DNA of 64,000 bases, from positions 62,001-126,000 of IMG/VR virus record IMGVR_UViG_3300033995_001164. One strand, given 5' to 3'. Within the stretch, counting starts at the first letter, position 1, and the number at the start of each line of letters is the position of its first letter. Under the pieces are notes generated by a model. That model did no database searches, was not told where the DNA came from, and saw nothing but the letters and a program-made list of their open reading frames with translations. This document shows, piece after piece, positions 56,646 to 64,000 of this stretch. The position numbers and the translations under genes were made by a program.

Positions 56646-59600
56646 TTATAAAGTGAAAACATCACTTATTATTGTTTGTACCAATATTTCACCTCCAATT
56701 GGTGAGGTAGTCCCGTATGGTCGATATTCAACTTGTAATCTGAAAGACCCTAATTTGTTAAGGGTTATTTCATTTGTATAATTTGTTGTTATCCCCCCAA
56801 TCCCACTATAATTAACTATTTCATATGTGGTAGCGTTTAAAATTTTAGTACTAACGACATTTTGAGTAGTAAAAGGTTTTTCAGTAATAAAATTATATGT
56901 AATATAACCACCCGCGGGTTTTTTAATATTATAGTAACTCCACCCTTCCCCTTGTAAATTTGGGGAATCAAAAAGTTTAATTAACGATAGTTTTTGTTGA
57001 GGAAACGTTGGTAAAGTTTGACTTGTTGGCACATTCTCAACCGGTACTTGGGTTTGCCCAGGAGCGGTATACCATACCTTAAATGGAAATTGTTGTACCA
57101 CAGGTTGCTCTACCCCTTTATATGCTTTTAATATAAACACAAGGTCTATTTGCGTTTTACCTTCAATTTTTGGAATACTATCAATAAAGTAAGATTCTAC
57201 TTCAGTTAATGTCACATTAAATTCGTTATTTAAAACTTGTCCTCCAACACTTATTTCACTTTGTGAAATATATTTTCGACTAACTTTACCATTAACTTCT
57301 ACCAACTCATAAACAGTATACCTCATGTCAGGATTAGGAGATAAAACATATCCCGTTGATTGAGGATTTATCTTGACATTTAAAGATTGGGTTTTACTCT
57401 CATTTAATTGTATCTCAGTACCAATCATAGTCAAAGGTCCGACAGTTTGAGGATTAGTATTTGATGATTGTAATTGTTCCGAAGTTGACGAATTTGTCGT
57501 TTGATTTTGAGGGTTTTGATAACCTCCCGGTGATGATGCAGATGATGCAACTATTGATGGGTCAAACGTATAGTCCCCAACACTTGTAAAGACCCCATTT
57601 GGTGTTGTAATAACAATCTTACCTTTACTAATAACCTTACCAGTTCCAATTATTGGAGTATTAAATCTTAAGGTAGTACCATTAAACACGGTAAATTCAG
57701 TAGATGGTACATTAACCCCGTTAACCTTAATTGAACTTGTTCCATTAAAATCAGTACCATTAACTTGAACTATTGTACCTGTATTTCCAGATAGTGGTGA
57801 GAATGATGTTATTATTGGTGGTGGACAAGATAGTTGTGATACAACCGCAGTAGTTGTCGGCACCCCATTACTTGAACCCTTACTTTCAACTTCATTTATC
57901 GTGTTTTTTAAATCTTCAACAATCGCCTTTGTCGCTATTTTAACACCAAGTGCCGAAGTTAAGGCACGGTCAAAAGTATTTTTTAATGTCTCATAATCCT
58001 TAATATGTGTATCATAATATGATTCAGATAAAACTTTAACCGGCCAAAAACAAGCATAATATTTAACAAGTCCAAGATTCGATATTTGTGGAATTCTTTC
58101 TCGTATTCTTGCGGACATAAATGCAATAAAATTATCTATTGTACTAAAATTTGCAATAGGTAATGATTCTTTTGTTGCAGGGGTTTGATTAAGATTAAGG
58201 CAAGAATAAGTACTTAAAAATGTCCCGTCAATTTCCCCATAATCAATATCTAATGTCACAGTTGCAAAATTATGATTCCATCCGTTAAATTTACCTATTT
58301 TACTATTACTCGCCTTTTGAAATGTTCTAACATATGAAATACAATAAATAATTGTTGCTAACTCAAGATTATTTGGCATGATTCTTTTAAGTGCCTCAGC
58401 AAATTGTGATTCAGTTATCCCTGTAAGAACCGCGTTAGTTGATTGAAACTTTTTATTAAGATAAATCGGTAATACTTTACTTTCACATTGATTAGTAGTT
58501 CCTTTAGTACTATTCGCCGATTGTACGATATTATTTGATTTAGTACTTTCAGTTGAAGCGCTTAAAACATTAATTGTATCTTTCTTAATTTTAAGAAGTT
58601 CCTCAACTTTGGTTAGTAAATTTTGATTAATACTTTGAATAAAATTATCAATTGCTGGTAAATCATAAACCCCTTGTCTAACTCCTTGAAATGTTGTTTG
58701 GAATTGACCCGGTTGAATAGAATGTTCAACTTGTTGTATCATATATGGGCCATTAAACATTGGTACATGTCTTAAATTAAAATACATGGTCGGTTGTAAT
58801 AACGCATTACCTAAACAAACGACCGAACATTTATAACTTCTTTGTTTGTATAAATTATATAAACTGGCATTTTGAGTTGCAACATTTTTACCTGACGCTT
58901 GGTCAACCATATTTAATTGAGTTGCAATTGTTTCTGATGTTGCAACCCCATTATCTTGTGACACACTAAAAGAATAAAAAACATTTTGATTTCTAATTCC
59001 AATATCAACACTAAACCCTACGCATTTATTTGAAACACCCCAATCTTTTTTACCAACTTGGTTTTCAATTAAAGGGTTTTCAGATGCCCTACCCATATCA
59101 AACGCATCATCTCGGAATCTAAAATTACCTTTTGGTAAATTTAAATATTGTGATGGTTTACCAACATAGAAACAAACCATTTTTGAACTTGATTTTCTAT
59201 AATCAACATCTAAAAATGTACCCCATAAGTTATTAGCAAATTCCAACGAACCTTCCGCTCTATTCGGAATTGTGGTACCATCTACATCTTGAACATTGTA
59301 AAAATTAATATATGCAGGTAAATTCATTACCGTAAAATTATTTTTAATTAATAATCCACTAATAAAAGTATAAACACTCATTGACTCATTTATTGATTTT
59401 TGACTGAACATATTTCTCATTTCAAAAATATCTAATAAGATAGTATCACCAATATTTCTTGACGCCCTATCTAAAAATAAAATATCTTCAAATAATGTCT
59501 TACTTTTATAATCTCCACCAGCAATCCATTTATCGTTTAACGCTTTGAAAACTTCATAATTTTCAACCTTACTCTGTTGACTGTCAATAGCACTTTGAAT

Positions 59601-62600
59601 TGTTTTTTCCGGTAATTGTTCTTGGTCAGGTAAATTTTTTCTAACCCCTTCCAGTACAAGATTTAAAAAATTATCTTGTAAAACACTTTCATTTGTAAGG
59701 TATTGGTTAATTTGTGCTTGAAATTGTGCAACAGTGATATTTGGGTTTTTTAATTTTTGAGTGGCATACATTTTAATAATTGGTGCCAATAAAACAACAT
59801 TATCAACAGTAAATTGAATATTATTATCAATGAAAAAATCAGTGATGTATGAACCGGTACTGCTGTATACAACATTATTTATAGTTGAAAACCCCACTTC
59901 AGTTTCAAGAGTAATCCAAGCGTTTGGATTTAACAATTGAGACTGACTAAGACTTAATGAACTTGTTTTTGTTGGTAAAGTATTTTTTACATACGGTTGA
60001 AACTTAATTGGGTCAATGACTTTTTGAACATTATTATGGGACAAATAAGAATCGAAAATTCTTCTATTATAATTTGACGGATTACCGTATCTAAATAAGA
60101 TATCATAATTCATAAAATCTTTAATACCTGTTTGAAAAACATTATATTGGTTTCCAATTGTATTAGAAAAATAATTGAGGTCTGAAACCTCTTTTCCTTG
60201 AATTGGGACTGTCATTAAATTTCTAAATAATGACTGAAAATTTCTAAAATTATCATTAGTATCGACAGGTGAAGTATCAAATTGGGATACTTGCGCGTTT
60301 GTCGCACTATTTGTAATAGGTTTACTAAAGTTTAAAAATTCTTGTTCAAATAAATCTAATATTTTTTTCTCAAAAACTGAAAATATCTCCTCAATTTCTG
60401 TATAATTATCACCGTTCAAAAAATATAATGGTGATTGTGTCTCCCCGCTATTAATTCGAGTAATATAAGAATCCGGTTGTGGATACGTAATTTGATTACT
60501 ATCAAAATAACCATAGTTTGGTGCCGACCATAAAGTCCTAACAGAACCATTATAAACACTTGGGTTTGATGTTAAATTAACCTTAGTATTATTTCCCGTG
60601 GTTAAATTATCAACACAGGCAATTTTTGACTGATTTAGAGGATTACCAAATGAAGGTACAACATAGTAATCTGTACCTTTAGTATTACTTACCGGGTTAC
60701 AATTAACATCAGGATAATAATTACTACTACTAAGTAATACAGAATATGTAATAACATTTAATGTTTTACCATTTTGATTTGCGGATATAATATTTGAATC
60801 TGAGAAATTATACAATTTCATACCACCTTTAACACTATTTTCAATCTCAAGATTAGTATATTCATCATATAATTCAAACCCATTATAAAACACATTAAAA
60901 TCATTAATTACTTTAGGATAAAACCCTACATTCATTTTAGCAGTTGTTGGGGTTTCTTCTTGTAGTGTAATTGAAATTGGTGATTCATTATAATTAAATT
61001 GGTATGTTTGAGTATTTGAACTTAGTATAGGACTATAATTTGTTGTGTAGTCGAAATTAGTCCAAGCACTTGATAAAATATCAACATTAGATTCTTTGTA
61101 TTTTTTATAACGATGCCATATAGACCCATACTTTAATATCCAAGCATATGGTAGTTTATGTATTGCTCCAAATTTTTTGAAACAAGATGAAATATAATCT
61201 AACTCATCAGGAACGGTATTAGTGTTGGTCTTATACCGTTCTCTTAAAGTCGCCAAAGGCAATGAATTTAAAAAGAGATACGCGGATTGTACATAAGGAT
61301 AAGGGTCACTTGTTCTATTATTTTGAACACCATTCATAATTGAATTAACAAAATATGGAGTATTCAACATAGAAGTTGTCGTTTTAAACGGTAATACATC
61401 TGTTGGAGTCGTAGCGTCATAATATCCTTCAGTTGCAACGAAATTTTTAGGTTCTCTTTCTAAATAAAAATCTTTTAAACCATATGGATTTAATAAATTA
61501 AATTGTAATGCGACTAATGATGGATTTTGGTTTTGATAAAATGAAAAATTAGTAACCGGTCTATTTGTTGTAAAATTATATACATCATTAAAATTTGATA
61601 TGATTTTTCTTGGTTCAAATATCTTTAAAGTTTTTTTAGTATTATACACTTCATTACCAACTGACTTTTTACTTGAACTTAGGTTATTTAAACACCAAGT
61701 GGGGTTAGTGTATGGTAAGGTATCTACAATCAAAGGTTCGTTTGATGCATTTTTTAATAATACATCTAAAGCAAATGATTTAGTACTAACTTGTGGTATT
61801 TTACCAATATCAGATGTAGATAAAATACTATAAGAATTATTAACTAAATTTTTAATATATGGTGTAACAAAGAAATCACGAATATAATCTTGGTAAGCTC
61901 GACCGGTACCGTCATTTGATATGGTACTTAAAAATTGCGGATATGAATTTGCCTTTAAATTATAATTTTTAAGTTTTAATGTTAGATATGGTGAACTTAT
62001 ACCAAGTCCTTTAACAATGTTGTTAACTTCCGATTCAACATTTAACTTAATTAATTCATCAATTTGATTAGAATTTGCTCTAATTAATCCGGAATAATGT
62101 GATGTTAAAAATTGTCGTTCCCAAATTTCATAAAAGAATTTAACCTCTTCTTTATTGACATATGGTAATCCCGCAGATGGAAACTCAATTGCATTTATAT
62201 TAATTCGATTAGTATCTCTTTCATTATCTAATGGTGGCGGGGCAATCGGAATTGTAAATTTTTGAGTTAGTCCCTTCATATACTCTTCGACAAATTCAAC
62301 TTCAGGCCATTTATCAAAAAGATAACCTTGTGTTAAGTTAACAACTGTTGGGTCAGCAATATATTTTAATTGAAATCTTCCTTTTTTATCTTCGGGTGTT
62401 TCAACAAAAAATAATGGCCATGGATATACCGGTTCTTCCGAATTCGATAAACCTTGATTAGATTCTTTGGCACTAACAGATATTGGGACTTTCTGTCTCG
62501 TCTCAGAACTTTGAGCAGAAGACGGATTATCCATAATGGCTTGTTTTCTAACAGGGTCATATTTTACATTCCAAGCATTAGTATGAACATCATCTAATAA

Positions 62601-64000
62601 TCTAATAAACGCCTCTGCAGATGCCATAACAACTGCAATCATATTTCTAACTGTTGGTTTAAATCCAAGACCACTGTCAGTGTCTTCAATTTTTCTTAAC
62701 AATTCCGCAGAAATTGATGATTCATATTCTGATAATTTTTTATTTGCATCAGTCTCTAATAAAGATATCTGACCATCAAATCTATTCGTCCCTTCAAAGA
62801 TAAAAAAACTTGGTGCCAATACTTCTGATTTTGAAATTACAGGAAGTTTTGTTTGATATAATTGTTCTTTAAAAGCATTTATGTCATCTTCTGTCGGTAA
62901 TACTTTACCTGTTTGTAACCTTACTGTTTCTTTCCAATTGATAGCACCATCAACTGGTGGGTCAATTTTAAGAGTGTTAAATTTAATAGGATTTGGAATT
63001 GGGGATTCCCCATTTTTACCTAAAGTTTCATTTTCAGATAAAGCTTTGTTAAATTTATCAACATAACTTTCCAATAATTTACCGGCAGTTTCTTTTTCCC
63101 CCAAGGTTAATTTTTTATAAACATAAACTTTTTCATTTGTATTATTTAACACAATTGGTTTTGGGTCAATATAGGTATTAAACCATGAAATGTTTGTTCC
63201 CCTAATCGCAGAAAAATATTGTTTTAATATTTCTTTATAATTACGAATATTAGTAAGAGGCATAACCTTCGCTTTAGGAAATTTATCCATAATACGATTC
63301 TCAAATGTACTCAACTTAGTCATCAATTGGAATAATGTTAATTCCGGTAAATCAGCCGGAATTAATCCTTTTGCCTTATATTCACTATAAACCTCAACAA
63401 TTTTTTGATAACCCTTTTCCGAAACTATTTGAGTAACAACAGAGTTATCACTTTGAGAATTATTCTGTGAAATAACTCCTTGAGCCTTTGATTGTGATTC
63501 TGCCGTCTTATTAGATTCCTGTGTTCCTGTAGGAGATGTCGAAATATTAAATGTTTGACCATACATGTGTGGTACTGCCATTAAATGTCCCATTGATATT
63601 TCATTTAAGACATTAAACTTGTATCCTTTAAATTGTAAATCCACTTGATAGTTACCACTAAATGTATTAAATGTTGCATGAAATTTTTCCAAATTTAATT
63701 GATATCTAATTGCCTGTCCATAATACCCTTTTAATGTTAAATAAAAGGGTGGGTAAGGAAGATTAAAAAAAGCGGCATAAGGCGAATTATTACCCAACGA
63801 AAACAATGCTTTACCTTGAACATCCTCCAACCTCATACTAACTGAAGGTACAAAAGACGAATTAGTTGTTATATTAATTGATGTAATCCCAAGTAATCCA
63901 TTATCAAACACATTTGTTAAATTGGCCGGAGAACTGATTGAATATGCCTGATTACCGTCATTAGTCGGAACTGTCTTTTCCATCATTTGATTATCACCAT
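56646..64000 (-). CDS. giant (>2446 aa) baseplate-hub-like protein with an IPT/TIG domain; 5' end beyond the window
   Basis: Frame is open upstream of 63986 to the edge; GNALLQPTMYFNL..VPMFNGPYMIQQVEHSI...TTFQGVR gp27/gpD-type motif; PIITSFSPLSGNTGTIVQVNGTDF IPT/TIG motif. Confidence 0.65.
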   Translation of the reverse strand, partial: GDNQMMEKTVPTNDGNQAYSISSPANLTNVFDNGLLGITSINITTNSSFVPSVSMRLEDVQGKALFSLGNNSPYAAFFNLPYPPFYLTLKGYYGQAIRYQLNLEKFHATFNTFSGNYQVDLQFKGYKFNVLNEISMGHLMAVPHMYGQTFNISTSPTGTQESNKTAESQSKAQGVISQNNSQSDNSVVTQIVSEKGYQKIVEVYSEYKAKGLIPADLPELTLFQLMTKLSTFENRIMDKFPKAKVMPLTNIRNYKEILKQYFSAIRGTNISWFNTYIDPKPIVLNNTNEKVYVYKKLTLGEKETAGKLLESYVDKFNKALSENETLGKNGESPIPNPIKFNTLKIDPPVDGAINWKETVRLQTGKVLPTEDDINAFKEQLYQTKLPVISKSEVLAPSFFIFEGTNRFDGQISLLETDANKKLSEYESSISAELLRKIEDTDSGLGFKPTVRNMIAVVMASAEAFIRLLDDVHTNAWNVKYDPVRKQAIMDNPSSAQSSETRQKVPISVSAKESNQGLSNSEEPVYPWPLFFVETPEDKKGRFQLKYIADPTVVNLTQGYLFDKWPEVEFVEEYMKGLTQKFTIPIAPPPLDNERDTNRININAIEFPSAGLPYVNKEEVKFFYEIWERQFLTSHYSGLIRANSNQIDELIKLNVESEVNNIVKGLGISSPYLTLKLKNYNLKANSYPQFLSTISNDGTGRAYQDYIRDFFVTPYIKNLVNNSYSILSTSDIGKIPQVSTKSFALDVLLKNASNEPLIVDTLPYTNPTWCLNNLSSSKKSVGNEVYNTKKTLKIFEPRKIISNFNDVYNFTTNRPVTNFSFYQNQNPSLVALQFNLLNPYGLKDFYLEREPKNFVATEGYYDATTPTDVLPFKTTTSMLNTPYFVNSIMNGVQNNRTSDPYPYVQSAYLFLNSLPLATLRERYKTNTNTVPDELDYISSCFKKFGAIHKLPYAWILKYGSIWHRYKKYKESNVDILSSAWTNFDYTTNYSPILSSNTQTYQFNYNESPISITLQEETPTTAKMNVGFYPKVINDFNVFYNGFELYDEYTNLEIENSVKGGMKLYNFSDSNIISANQNGKTLNVITYSVLLSSSNYYPDVNCNPVSNTKGTDYYVVPSFGNPLNQSKIACVDNLTTGNNTKVNLTSNPSVYNGSVRTLWSAPNYGYFDSNQITYPQPDSYITRINSGETQSPLYFLNGDNYTEIEEIFSVFEKKILDLFEQEFLNFSKPITNSATNAQVSQFDTSPVDTNDNFRNFQSLFRNLMTVPIQGKEVSDLNYFSNTIGNQYNVFQTGIKDFMNYDILFRYGNPSNYNRRIFDSYLSHNNVQKVIDPIKFQPYVKNTLPTKTSSLSLSQSQLLNPNAWITLETEVGFSTINNVVYSSTGSYITDFFIDNNIQFTVDNVVLLAPIIKMYATQKLKNPNITVAQFQAQINQYLTNESVLQDNFLNLVLEGVRKNLPDQEQLPEKTIQSAIDSQQSKVENYEVFKALNDKWIAGGDYKSKTLFEDILFLDRASRNIGDTILLDIFEMRNMFSQKSINESMSVYTFISGLLIKNNFTVMNLPAYINFYNVQDVDGTTIPNRAEGSLEFANNLWGTFLDVDYRKSSSKMVCFYVGKPSQYLNLPKGNFRFRDDAFDMGRASENPLIENQVGKKDWGVSNKCVGFSVDIGIRNQNVFYSFSVSQDNGVATSETIATQLNMVDQASGKNVATQNASLYNLYKQRSYKCSVVCLGNALLQPTMYFNLRHVPMFNGPYMIQQVEHSIQPGQFQTTFQGVRQGVYDLPAIDNFIQSINQNLLTKVEELLKIKKDTINVLSASTESTKSNNIVQSANSTKGTTNQCESKVLPIYLNKKFQSTNAVLTGITESQFAEALKRIMPNNLELATIIYCISYVRTFQKASNSKIGKFNGWNHNFATVTLDIDYGEIDGTFLSTYSCLNLNQTPATKESLPIANFSTIDNFIAFMSARIRERIPQISNLGLVKYYACFWPVKVLSESYYDTHIKDYETLKNTFDRALTSALGVKIATKAIVEDLKNTINEVESKGSSNGVPTTTAVVSQLSCPPPIITSFSPLSGNTGTIVQVNGTDFNGTSSIKVNGVNVPSTEFTVFNGTTLRFNTPIIGTGKVISKGKIVITTPNGVFTSVGDYTFDPSIVASSASSPGGYQNPQNQTTNSSTSEQLQSSNTNPQTVGPLTMIGTEIQLNESKTQSLNVKINPQSTGYVLSPNPDMRYTVYELVEVNGKVSRKYISQSEISVGGQVLNNEFNVTLTEVESYFIDSIPKIEGKTQIDLVFILKAYKGVEQPVVQQFPFKVWYTAPGQTQVPVENVPTSQTLPTFPQQKLSLIKLFDSPNLQGEGWSYYNIKKPAGGYITYNFITEKPFTTQNVVSTKILNATTYEIVNYSGIGGITTNYTNEITLNKLGSFRLQVEYRPYGTTSPIGGEILVQTIISDVFTL

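Noticed and set aside
26-63066. Short plus-strand ORFs in the track other than 15996-16181
   Set aside because: All are antisense to, or overlap, longer well-supported minus-strand genes, with no recognisable motifs or upstream signals
1-64000. Stop-codon reassignment (as in some huge phages)
   Set aside because: Core genes (nrdA, nrdB, helicase, primase) are full length in the standard code, and TAA, TAG and TGA all end genes at expected positions

Overview
AT-rich segment of a large dsDNA myovirus-type (jumbo/huge) phage genome, distantly T4-like. Almost every gene lies on the minus strand and reads cleanly in the standard code. The host is probably Bacteroidota: there are TTTG-N19-20-TAnnTTTG-type promoters, SprB repeats and no obvious Shine-Dalgarno sequences. 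From right to left the window holds: (1) a giant baseplate-hub-like protein, truncated at the right edge; (2) a replication block with SSB (gp32-like), RecA/UvsX, RNase H/5'-3' exonuclease, a Tad1-like anti-defence protein, a DnaB/gp41 helicase with a LAGLIDADG intein, nrdB and nrdA; (3) a ~36 kb tail/baseplate module with gp25, a gp6/J-like wedge, a P2-I-like wedge, SprB-repeat proteins, Thr-Pro mucin-like Cys-rich proteins and a Gly-rich beta-roll fibre, in which a sulfotransferase and a GT9-like glycosyltransferase are embedded; (4) a recombination block with RuvC, primase, a PD-(D/E)XK exonuclease and Mre11/SbcD. Four paralogous HNH endonucleases are scattered through the window. Two of them are translationally coupled to a ~50-aa ribbon-helix-helix gene that the ORF track missed. 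A TATTTAT(A) motif precedes many genes. No tRNA, rRNA, CRISPR array or reverse transcriptase was seen. All family assignments come from recognising motifs by eye, not from database searches.
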